Shown in pieces: positions 38,901 to 50,588 of a stretch of DNA of 64,000 nt (within the stretch, counting starts at the first letter, position 1; each line of letters starts with the position of its first letter). This DNA is from Balanoglossus misakiensis (taxonomy: Eukaryota > Animalia > Hemichordata): contig CM082588.2 of the NCBI GenBank assembly GCA_040954595.2, forward strand, positions 546,613 through 610,612, read 5' to 3'. The translations under genes were made by a program, and so were the position numbers. The notes beneath the pieces are model-generated. The model made no database searches. It was not told the origin of the DNA and saw nothing but the letters and a program-made list of their open reading frames with translations.

Positions 38901-41900
38901 TCAACACCTCCTATGTCTAAGAGCGGCTGCAACTTATACACTGTAGAATCTCCAAGTCTAAAATAGATACACGTACAAATATTTCAGGGTTCCACAAAGT
39001 TCAAAAGTTCTGAAACACAACAGAGATAAATTATATCTGATAAATTATGAGCTGATACAGTGATTGCTGTGCCAGACAGTTCTGGTCACTGCGTAAGATA
39101 TACCAATCAAAAATAATAAATGATAACAATATCTTTTTATCATCGCGGAATTTATTGATGAACTGACACCCATTTAGTGAGTGCTTAGCGTCTTAACAAG
39201 TCAAGGAATATAGGCACAGCATAAACTGATGTTGGAAACACAAATTGGCTTGTTTAAGTTTCGTCAAAATTCTGCGAAATTGTCAGATTAAAGAAGGAGG
39301 TAATCTGTTACCCAGGATTGTGATAACTGTGATTATTTCACAGTTGTGAGGGGAAAAAGTCTGCAAATTTCAAACATTGTTCTTGATTAGTAGAAACGAT
39401 GCAGTTATTTTCACGGTCACTGGACAACCCAACAGCATTTCAAGTTTGTTTAAACAGAGAGAGTGAAAAACAACACCCAGCCGCTTGAAATTCGCCATAA
39501 AATATATCAATAAATTAAGAAATTATTGGCTCGCGTTGACATGGCACCTTTATATACTTTCACACATTTACAAGAACAAGCTTCGACTTGCATTTGCAAA
39601 TCACCTTGCCTTGTTTCTCTGACAGTGAGTATTTAAAGCAAATTAATCATTGGTGGGTCGTGGCTAGGTGTGGGCATGATGTGTAGAGCCATCTGTCCAC
39701 AAATGATTCTACCGTTCACGAAACAATGCCTGGTCAGCAGATATGTCACGATGCAAGCAAATTATTTATGACCAAGATGTCTATCGCTCCAGAAATAAAA
39801 ATTGGGTCTTCTCCCCGAGATATCTCCAACCTCCCACAAATGTTGTCCCTAAGCCTCATAAATTCATCACAGAGAAATGATTGATTTCCGCCCGAGTACA
39901 AATCAAATAAACAACTATTGCTTATATAAACTGTACCAATTGAAAGCTCAGCTCAGCCAGTGTCAGTGGTATTGATCACAATGAAGCATTGCTCCCCATA
40001 TCTTGACTGTACCACCCGGTACCGGTCAGGACACTAGCTACTTATTAATGATACAAAAATGTTGCTATTTACAGATGGGTAAATAATCATGGAAACGCGA
40101 TCTGTCACATTTCTTATTTGACAACTTGTTTAAAGACAAAAATACATATTTGTCAGTTGATTATATATCTGGTGGTTCAGGCTGGCCTGGTTATAATCTG
40201 CCACATCGACAGCTCAATGTCCAAAATTTTAAGTTCAACATGAATTTTGATTCAAAAATCATGCAATGTGATTCAACAAACTGAAAAAGTTTTCAGTCTT
40301 GAACTTTAATAAAAATAGAAGATGAATAATATCCACCTCTGGGAAACCCTCGAGAAAAAAGAAATTTATTGAGAATGACCAATCGCTTATAACTCTAACT
40401 GCTGGCTGCTCAAAAACGACCTTGACACCGCCTCCGAGTCCGAGTTAGTTCATCTGGGTTTTTGTCAGACTTTGGTCTCAATTAACATCCTTCACTGAAT
40501 AACGAAAAAATTCCCTGACTCATGCGATGACAATGACGATCTAACTCCATGTAAATATTCAACTAATTCCTTGATATTGTTCAACTGATTCCAAGAAAAA
40601 GACAAGTTTATTCCATCTAATATCGTGACAAAACCCAAGCTATTCTGTGAAAATTCCCACCTAATAAATCAATTTATTTTCTTGTGAAAACCTTAAGTCT
40701 GTCATCATTTCAGTTCTGTTGTATATCAATTTCATAAATCCGCACAATGCATGTGACTAGTTGAACTTACTGAGTAGAATATTACTGGCGAATGAAGCAA
40801 AAATATTGTTACTTTGTGAGGCTTGCAATGTACATGCATTTTGTGTGTGTGTATTACTTTTGACAAACACGTGAGTAAAGTGACTGACTGCTCACTAACA
40901 TGTGATGTTTATTTCTTGTGTCTTTTGCAGAACAAGCCATGATCAACAAAGGCACAATGCAGAGCCGTGTCGGGTTTGGAATGGAAAGCGAAGCAAGTGA
41001 TGAGAATGAAGACTGTGCAGTGATGGACCTCAGCAACAAGACGCCCTCAGAGAAGAGTGATGATGAAAGTTCTGTTTCAAGTCCGTTCGACAGTTACAAG
41101 ACGAAGTCAGGCCATAATTTCAACTCCATGTTCCTCTTCAATAACCAGAACCCTCTTCTCAACAACACCAAGCAACAAGCCAATGTTGAACCAGGTCCCT
41201 TTCACCCAAAACAACTCAACGGTGAATCCAGTCCATTCCAATCCACTCTACCACACCTGCTGACAACAAAAGAAGGACTTGCTGTCTACAATCCATTTTT
41301 GTCTTTCAACAACAACAACGTCAAGCCCAGCCCTGCACCAGTAAATCCATTCAACACCATCTTTGATAGCAAGAACTTTCCATTCGATGGAGTCCTCAAG
41401 AAGTCCGGCCTCTTCAGCGGTCTGAACGTCCCAAATTCACTCAACTTGAATGCATCTATGCCATATCTAAATGGTCACCCACAAGGCCCAACTCCAGCCA
41501 AGAAATTCAAGACAGACAACTCAAGTTTCCCATCAGAGTTCAACCTTCCCAACAAGTCCATTCCACCCTTGATCCCACTGTCACCGATGACAAACAACGT
41601 GCGCGCCCACAGCAGCAACAACATCGCCATTCCCATTCCCAGAGCGGGAGAGACAGCACTGAACCTCTCCAAACGCAAGAAATCCAACAATCCGAACTAC
41701 GGACACAAATCCCTGAATTACCCCCTGAAGAAGAGAAACGGTAAAATCCACTACGAGTGCAACGTCTGCACTAAAGTCTTCGGTCAGCTCTCCAATCTGA
41801 AAGTTCACCTGCGAGTTCACAGCGGCGAGAGACCTTTCAAATGTGAAACCTGCGGAAAAGGATTCACACAACTGGCACATCTGCAGAAACATTATCTCGT

Positions 41901-42690
41901 GCATACAGGAGAGAAACCTCATAAATGTGAAGTGTGCGGCAAATGTTTCAGCAGCACCAGTAATTTGAAGACGCACATGAGACTTCATAGCGGGGAGAAA
42001 CCTTACCAGTGCAAGGACTGCAGTGCCAGATTCACACAATACGTCCACCTAAGATTACACACAAAACTTCACAATAAAGATGAAGATGATCCAGCGTACA
42101 TTCCTAAAGAAAAGAAACCAACGAGCGGAACCGGTGATGGCGGCGTGACTCCGTTTGTGATGGTCAACACCGACGTCCAGGACTATTTCGGCAGATCAGA
42201 CGACACAGATGAAGTCAGCAGTCAGCAAAGTGAAAACAGTTCATGTTTTCAACCAACGATTGACAATGAAAGTGTATCTATGCCTCAGGACAGTAACAGT
42301 GAGAACATCCCAAGCCCTACAGACTCCTACAATGTTGCGAGTCCATCTGCGAACAGTGACACAACAGATCAAGAGTTCAGGTCTCCTGATAGAATGAGTG
42401 TTTCCGCCGAGTCAAACTGCAACCAGGATGAAAGTAATCGCTCGGACGCAGGTGACAGCGGTCTTGAGCGCGACAGTCGCTGCAGTACACCAAAGACACC
42501 ATCATCTCCTCTCAGTAACGGCGTCATGCAGGCAGATATGAATCACAATGTTCTCAACCTGACAAAGACATCACTCGACGACGCCCTCCAAATCTTCCCT
42601 TCCAAGAAGGCCAAGAAGACCTCCATCACAAAACTTGAAGATGTCGTGCAAAGAATCAAAGCAATCAAGCAAGAAGATCCACAGGAATGA
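32982..42690 (+). CDS. PRDM1: PR domain zinc finger protein 1 (Blimp-1), common exons 2-5, 774 codons plus the first-exon peptide
   Basis: Exons 32982-33173, 34348-34467, 35836-36088, 40931-42690 are phase-compatible. The PR/SET domain ([56 protein letters not shown]) and zinc fingers ([46 protein letters not shown]..., [21 protein letters not shown]) are diagnostic of Blimp-1. Confidence 0.97.
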
Positions 42691-44910
42691 AAACAGCATT
42701 CCTGAACTGACCTCATTATGAACAAAACTTATACCAAAAAACTTGAACAATGAACTTCTTAATGAAGAAATTACAACTTCATTTCAGTACAGCTACACCA
42801 TATCATAGAAAATCAAAAATGAATTAATTTATTATGAAGACAATCCTATCTTTTATTTTTTAAGAGTCCCAGTACTTTGGAAGTTGTATTTGAACCTTTT
42901 TCTGTAATATTTGGTACAATATCAATAATTTGACAAGTAATCAACACTTTCCATAAAAAGGTTCCTTTTATGTGTTATGAATAATTACATCTAACTGAAA
43001 ATGTGTGCTTTGCCCAAAACTGCAACTACTAGTACACCTTAAAAGCTTCTATTTTTGTATATATTAGCAATCTCATGATTAACATGCTTACAGTTCCTAT
43101 GGACTGTGCCATGTCTGTATAAAGTGATTTGAAGAAATTGTGTTTGAGCTTGTGCTACAACGCAGCATGGCATGCATGGGTGTGTATCAGAAAGCACATC
43201 TTGCCATCACATTGCCATGGTAACATTTATCAAAAAAGCCCACTTATCTCCATCTACAATTGCTCCAGAACAAATACACAGAAAGACGTGCTCGTGTTGC
43301 TATTAATAGGGCTATGACAGAATTCGTTTTAAACAATAGCTGCAAAGGCCACTTGAATTTTGTACAATATTTCTTGGCTTATCACGATTGAATCTAATGC
43401 AGGTTTGACAATCCATGCCAACAAGTTGACACAAATGTCAATTCTCTGGATTCTTAATCAGTTGAAACTCAAATGAAATTTTCACTCTACTGTAAATAAG
43501 TCTTTTAAGTAACTTTTAGATTTCTTTGTAATTTTTACTGGTAAAAAATTTGGATCAGTTTTTAGCCAAATGTCTATTTGTACTGGAAACGTTTCCCAGT
43601 AAACTCTACTTATTGTTCACTTTTTCTTCCATCTTCAGCTTTTACTTAATAGATGTTGTTTAAAAAAAGCTGTTAGTTGCTATTTTTCATAGACTGCAGA
43701 GTATTTCCAGTGAAATTTATTATAAACTTTTCCTTCAATGACATGTCAACCAAAACTGCTGACTGTATTAAAACTGGCACTTGTTTCGTTTCTGATAATG
43801 AAAGACCAAATAAGGAAGTTACCAACCAATCATACATACATGTCCAGTTTCTGTTAGTATGTACATGTAATTTCCATTTATCTGTCAGCAGTGACATCTG
43901 TCGATATGATCCACCTTTGAAGCACAAAGTTCTCCATGACATTTGAAAATTGTGGAATAACAATGCCCACTCGCTATAACATAACTTTTTTCAGTATTTT
44001 TGTTTTGTGTAATAAGCAGAGGTTTCTTTGAATCCCTAAACATGAACCTCAGAGATTTATTTCTCTTTTAAAGTGATGCTGTCCATTACAGACTACTCAG
44101 TTCATGTACCAAACTATGGCATCTTGCCTGCAATAAAGAATTTAAGTGTCAAAGTTTTCTAAGAATCAACGAGAAATCAGTTTTGTCAAATTGGTGCTAT
44201 TTTGATGATTATTGAATCTTCCAATCACTGTGTTTGTTCCAATGTAAAACTCCTCAGCCAATAAAAAAGATCCTTAAAGTAACTTGCCAATGATTAAACA
44301 TGGCTTATTTATGATATTTGAAATTTTGTGAAAGTTTTTCCATTAAAAAGATCTTTATCAAATTAACCAGTTATTTATATGATAATCAGTCCAATATTTA
44401 TTTTGTTTAAACTTGTGTGATTTGATTGTCGGTTTTAATAAAGATGTTTTTTGAGTAAAACAACTTTTTTTCTGGTCTTTTCTTACATTTAAATACGTAA
44501 ATAATGAAGAGGGCGATACATAAGCCAACAATCAAAATTAAACGAGATATAAGGCTAAAGTTCACAATTGACTGTGGGGGCGCTCTCCCCAACACGTTTC
44601 AATCAGTGATGACCTTTGACATACATGTCCATTTCATGAAATCGAGGCTGAAATGAATCAAGGGCTTTTCCGGGGACCGTAAAACCCATACAATACACGC
44701 CTCTATATTTTGGTGTCTGCTGGTCAAGTAAGTCGATTTCTCGATCTAGTTTTATTTCCTATACATGCAGATTTTCCTTTGAAGGAACATGTGGACAGTC
44801 TGTGAGGAATGTATTTGCCGTAACCTGTATTGGCCAGTATTGTATATATAATTATCGTTTCATGATTTTTGTCTATTTTCAGGTGATCTACATCTTTAGC
44901 CACCATTGCC

Positions 44911-47017
44911 ATGGATACCTGCCCCTGTTGTAACAACCTGGTATCTTTGAAAGGGAGAAATCGACTAGTTTTAGATATTTGTAAACATTTTATTTGTGTT
45001 TCATGCCTGATTCAATCACCCGATGAATGCCAGATTTGTATCAAAGGTAAGTTGACTTACTTTTCAGTTTTCGTGCACGCTCATTAAATCACATCATTTA
45101 TTTGGTTGTTCTCTCACCCCTTCACTTGTCTGACCTCTCGGTGTGTATTTCAAAGCTGTTTTTAAGAAATGTTTCAATCGCTTCTACATGTACTATTCAT
45201 ATACAGAAAATCCTGGCATATCAAGCGAAGACAAAGATCATGGAGAGGAAATGCTGTATAAAGATGAACGGAATATGATGTCGGTGGAAGTAAGTAGCTT
45301 TTCCCGGAAAGAAGAAGCTTTTCCGGAAGATGTGACAGTCACAGATGAGGACATGTCTCTCCGAAGAGGAAGTCGTCGACGAAAACCACGCAATGTTCAG
45401 AAGATTGTGTCTGATGAGGAAGATTTCTTGGATGAAGAAATTAGTGATAAAGATGAGGAGCATTGCCAGCCGTCTGTGGATCAGTCAAGCCACAAAGTCA
45501 ACACAAATGTTTCTAAATCGAGAAGAAAGAGAGGTCGGCCAAAGAAGAGGAGGGTGGCAGAGGGAACTGCAGAAATGACAGAAAACAGTGAACAGACAGT
45601 TGTGAAAAGAAAGAGAGGTCGGCCACGGTTACCAGAGTCACTGAAGAAGAAGAGAACATACAAGACAGAGAAGAAATATATCTGTGAAGTATGTGACAAA
45701 GGTTATCCAACTCCCAGTCGATTGAAGACTCATAAACGCGTGCATACAGGGGAAAAACCTTTCAAATGTGAACAATGTGACAAAACATTTGGTGGCAAGA
45801 GTAATCTGAAAATTCACTACAGATCACATTCAACAGAAAAGAAGTTCCATTGTGATGAGTGTAACAAATCATTCAAAACCCAAAGTTCATTCAATTACCA
45901 TAAAACTGTTGTCCATGAGGGAGTGAGACCGTATCTTTGCCAAGAATGTGGCAAAACGTTTGGTTTGCTTGGCAACTTAACTTACCACATGAAGACCAAG
46001 CACTCCAATCAATGCCAATGTTGGAAGTGTCTGAAATTCTTTCCAAAGGATGAAATTGAAGCACATAAGAAAGGCTGTGCAAAACCGCCCAATAAATTCC
46101 CCTGTGATCAATGTGGGAATTTTTTCGGTTCACCTAGTGATCTGACAAGACACCAAAGAGTCCATACTGGAGAGAAACCTTTTGTTTGTGATAAATGCGG
46201 GAAAGGTTTTGGTCAGATTGCTGGTTTGAGAGTCCACCTACGTTTCCATGACAACATCAGACCATATGCCTGCGAGTTCTGTCCAAAGGCATTCTGTGCG
46301 CAATCCAACTTGATCGAGCACAGACGTCTTCATACAGGCGAGAAACCTTACCAATGTGAATACTGTGGGAAAACATTCCACGCAGCAAACAACATGAAGA
46401 AACATAAAAAGATCCACTTTAAGAATTCTGGTGAAAATCTGGTGAAGTCTGGCAAGGCGATACGAGAACGTCCAGACAGTTTGGGTCACCATGACAACCA
46501 GGAATGTTCGGCAGAAACACAAGAAAAGCAGGAAGCTGACAAAAAAAGAAAAATTAAAAGAACAGGGAAAAACTGCAAGGAGATCAGCACATCCAAAGAA
46601 TCCACATATCAGACTGAGACTTTGCCTCCAGACAGCCAGAATCTGAGAGTATATACAGCTGATGACACAGTTCGATACAGGATCAGCCGGATACCTGGGG
46701 AAAGTGTGGGTGATCAGCGAGAGAGTGATGGTTACCAAACTGGACGCGTTGATCAGTTCAGTAACTCCATCTCAAGTGTTGATCACTTCACCCACTCTAT
46801 TCCCACATCCCGGCTTCAAGGCCAAGCCATCGCAGTTCCATCTCATCCACCCATCATCACCAGACATTCCCCACATGAACAATCCCAACAGATGAGTTCC
46901 TCCTCATCAACACCACATGCATATGGCAACTATGCGTACAACACAGTTGAAAACCCACAAATGCTTGAGTTCATCGGCCGTGGGATGATCAATTCTGGAA
47001 CGCAAAAACCAGACTAA
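44911..47017 (+). CDS. RING (C3HC4) - AT-hook - C2H2 zinc-finger protein, ~648 aa, 2 coding exons
   Basis: Coding exon 44911-45046 (gccATGG Kozak; MDTCPCCNNLVSLKGRNRLVLDICKHFICVSCLIQSPDECQICIK; donor G|GTAAGT) joins in phase 1 to 45207-47017 (atacag|AA AAT). Two KRGRP AT-hooks, then 4 C2H2 + 1 C2HC + 4 C2H2 fingers. A probable non-coding exon ends at 44727 (GTAAGT) and splices to the acceptor at 44882. AATAAA at 47021. Confidence 0.88.
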
Positions 47018-48784
47018 ACAAATAAAAGTTTTGCTTTGTTGTGTTGTTGTAAACATGGTGTATTGTTTGTGATGATTTATTCAAAAAAGCTCATTCTTGT
47101 CTGTATAAAGATAAAGTATTGTTCTGTTGTCAAAAAGTAGTACATTATATTATACTATTCTCTAAAATTACGATTTTCTTTTACATTCTGAAAAACTTTA
47201 TTTCTGGTCTGTAAACCTCGTTTATTCAGCTGCTACCTTTTATAGAGAATAAAGTTTGTTCTTCTGCCTTAAAATATTGTCTTATTGAAGTTATTCCTTT
47301 CTCTAAAATCCTATTGTGTTCCTCAAGCTGTGAAGAATTGAGCACTGATTAATTTGCCTAACAATACAAATAAATTTTAATGAGTTTGTAATTTTTCCCC
47401 AGAGAATGCTGGGCCAATTGTTTTCAAAACTTTTCATTTCTGGCTCACCCAGTTTTGCTAGCGATTTTTTTTTATTAGGACGAAAACAAACAGACTGACT
47501 GCCCCTAGGCTAAATCAGCAGCTGAGACATGTTCTAGCTGATGTTATCATGAGCATAAGCGGTTAGAAACGAACAGAAAACGACAAAAAATGGTTTAAAT
47601 AAAACCATGGACGATTTTCGTCGACACACGAAACCAGTGACAGAGCAAAACAACGGAGTAAAACAGCAGAGCAAAACAAACAAGAACAGAACAGAGCAAA
47701 ACATTTCACATCGATGGACTCGTTGGCGCAAAAAGCGCGTAACGCATGTCCAGGAGTCGCACATTTAATCTCTTTGAATGCTCACTCCACAGAGATGGAA
47801 TCGAGGCAGAAAAAAAGTTCGCCCGGAGCCCTGGTGACGTATACAAACGCGGTATATGCGGATCTGATAATGAAAATGTCATTTAATTCCGTTCGATACA
47901 AGAAATTTATCGTCCAATTTCATTGACAATTAAATGTTTACTTTTCAACGTCTGCTTTTATACTCTTTGCAAATCAGTTTGCCTGGCTGTTTCCATGGCG
48001 ATGGCGTGAATAGAATAAAAAGATCGGTAAGAAAAGCAAAGTTCCAACTATTTACAATTTTGATAGAGAATCCAATTTAAGTCACAATGACAATGAAAAC
48101 AGTTCGTTTCTTTTCCATATTGTTCAGATTTCGGCCAATTTGGTTTGATGGACCATGTCCCATCAGGACCAAGCTCTGATATTCAGTCCCGTGAATGGGA
48201 AAGGGCGAAAGCCGCGTGGCGTCGACCAAACCTTCGGACTGATATTTTTAAAAACACGACTGCAGTGAAGAGAATGGTCGTGATTAAGTCAATCTGTAGA
48301 TAATTTTCTGAATAGTTAACGGTCTAATCTGAAAATTGTCCGGTGGACTTCGCCGCATTGTCAGAGGTCTGTGAAGAAGGTTATTTGTCGAACAATAGAA
48401 AGGCGACCAGACTAGACGCAGACGTTAATTTGTGGTGTGGAAGTTGAAAAGTTGGCTGAAACTCAGGGTGGGACGATGTCCTAGAATAATTGGCAATACG
48501 GATTACAAGCAAAACTTGATCACATCACGTGTTGTATGGCTCCAAAAGAATAATCTCAAGTTGGTCCAATTATGACATATTTATAAACACTAAAAAACTG
48601 ACGCAGAAGTTTTTTTTCCCGTTCCAGAACTAGTCGACAGAACACGAAGTGGATAGACAGACGTGATACGATGCGAATATACAAAGCAAATACTGTGTTT
48701 TTTCACCAAAGGAAAAAATCAAATTAAATCAGAATTATCAGGAGAATTGGTCGGTCTCCACACCCCATGTATAGTACCATGTGA

Positions 48785-48855
48785 AAGGGGTATATAAACT
48801 ACTGATAAGGGGGAACCACTTGGGAGGCGATAGTCTCTCTGCGCATGTCTGGTAT
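48785..48855 (+). promoter_or_regulatory. Putative TATA promoter of the 6-finger gene
   Basis: TATATAAA at 48791-48798, TGATAA and TGCGCATG motifs nearby, ~370 bp upstream of ATG 49164. Confidence 0.35.
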
Positions 48856-49163
48856 CAACAGCAGCTACTGCGAAGCGCAAAAACTATTTCATCCTCGTGA
48901 TGAAAGGCGAGTGTACAGACAAAAAGCAATCAGAGAGGGAAAAAAACAAAGAAATCGATCTGAAAGCGAGCTCTGATGTAGACAAGTCGCTGGCCAATTT
49001 ATAGTTAGCAGGATTTCGCGAACTAGGCACTCGTTACTGATGAAGACTGACGCGGTAAAGACACACAGGAATCACTGATCTCCAAACAAAACAAAAAACG
49101 GAGTACAACTGAGAGAGTATATATTGCAGATTAGTGTCTGGGCTAGAACACAGGCAGCAAATC

Positions 49164-50588
49164 ATGGATCGCCTGCATGGAGATCGTACGGAGTTTTTCA
49201 GCTCCCTGCCTTCAACGCACCATGTCTTTTCTAATCCACTGCCTGCGATGGTGTATCCAGAACACTCGTCATCTTCGTCCAACTTTGCCTACCCCTCGCC
49301 GATTTTTGACCACTATTCATGGAATCTCACAGGATATTCATATTTGAGCACCAATCCCGGGTATCACTATCAAGTCCAACCGCATCCAATATACAATGTG
49401 AATTACCAACAGTACTACCACGGCGCAGCACAAGGTATGAGAGACACGTCGAGGGAGTGCTATCCACGAAGACTGCCCAATTGTGGCCAGATACGACCAA
49501 GTTACCCATGTACACAGACACGACCGACTTCGCTTAACGAAGTTCAAATGTCATTGCCTTGTTCAATTCGAGAAACGACATCAGAACAAACGAACCTGAC
49601 ATATTTTCGGCCAATGCCGTCTGTTAGTTCGGTACCTACCTATCAACCTCGCTTTAGAGCAACTCCGGGGGTTCCGCCAACTTCGACTTTTTTGAACATT
49701 GTCAATAATATACCGTCCAGCAATGCGGCCAATAGTAGCGGCAAAAATGTCGAGAGAGTCGCTCAGGGTCCGTCAAATGAATTCTGCAACAGTGTGACTG
49801 GCAAAGGTGGAGAAGATCGGACAAAATCTGCAAGGAATAAAAGAGAGACGCAAAAACATAAGAAAAGCAAACCAGGAGCCGAAAAGTCGGAAAGGAGACA
49901 AAATCGCGCAAGTAAAGCAACGCGAGCAGAATCTAAAGCTCAGGTGGGCAAGAAGTCGGCTTCAAAGTCAAAAGAAAAACTTTATAAGTGTGAGGAGTGC
50001 GGCAAAGTTTTGAGCAGAAGGGAAACATTGGTGTTGCACCGGCGACTTCATACTGGTGAGAGACCATTCCCATGTCTGATATGCGGCAAGAAATTCACAG
50101 CTCACTCCATCCTCAAATCACACCAAATCACACACGGTAAACACAAGACATATCCGTGCAAAACATGCGGCAAGTTCTTCGCGCGACCGTCCAGTTTGAA
50201 GACGCACCAGATCCTGCATCTGGACGCCAAACCATTCCAATGCGAATTCTGCGACAAAGGGTTCAACCAGAAAGCGCTGTTAGAAGCCCACCGACGGAGA
50301 CACACCGGTGACACAACTTTCAAGTGTGGGATTTGCGAGAAAGTTTTCATCCGTTCCAACAGTCTGGTGATCCACAAACGTATCCACACGGATGAACGTC
50401 CATACGCGTGTTATTGCGGCAAGGCGTTCAGAACTAGCGGACATCTCCGCCGCCACAAAAAGATTCACAGCAAAGATCGGACCCACCCGACAGAGAAACA
50501 CGCTCAGCGGGGACGGCCTGCAAACGAGTCACAGAAAACACCGACTTCGCATGAAGGAACAGGATCAGGCACACAAGCAAACTTCTAA
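49164..50588 (+). CDS. Single-exon C2H2 zinc-finger protein, 474 aa, Tyr/Pro/Gln-rich N-terminus and 6 C-terminal fingers
   Basis: First in-frame ATG at 49164 (atcATGG). Six C2H2 fingers with HTGERP-type linkers (YKCEECGK..., FPCLICGK..., YPCKTCGK..., FQCEFCDK..., FKCGICEK..., YACYCGK...). Confidence 0.88.
   Translation: MDRLHGDRTEFFSSLPSTHHVFSNPLPAMVYPEHSSSSSNFAYPSPIFDHYSWNLTGYSYLSTNPGYHYQVQPHPIYNVNYQQYYHGAAQGMRDTSRECYPRRLPNCGQIRPSYPCTQTRPTSLNEVQMSLPCSIRETTSEQTNLTYFRPMPSVSSVPTYQPRFRATPGVPPTSTFLNIVNNIPSSNAANSSGKNVERVAQGPSNEFCNSVTGKGGEDRTKSARNKRETQKHKKSKPGAEKSERRQNRASKATRAESKAQVGKKSASKSKEKLYKCEECGKVLSRRETLVLHRRLHTGERPFPCLICGKKFTAHSILKSHQITHGKHKTYPCKTCGKFFARPSSLKTHQILHLDAKPFQCEFCDKGFNQKALLEAHRRRHTGDTTFKCGICEKVFIRSNSLVIHKRIHTDERPYACYCGKAFRTSGHLRRHKKIHSKDRTHPTEKHAQRGRPANESQKTPTSHEGTGSGTQANF

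Noticed and set aside
45143-45206. ORF-track start (MYFKAVFKK...) for the 624-aa zinc-finger ORF
   Set aside because: GTG start within an intron; the acceptor at 45206 and the upstream RING exon explain it better. The same applies to the GTG starts at 40918 and 32982.
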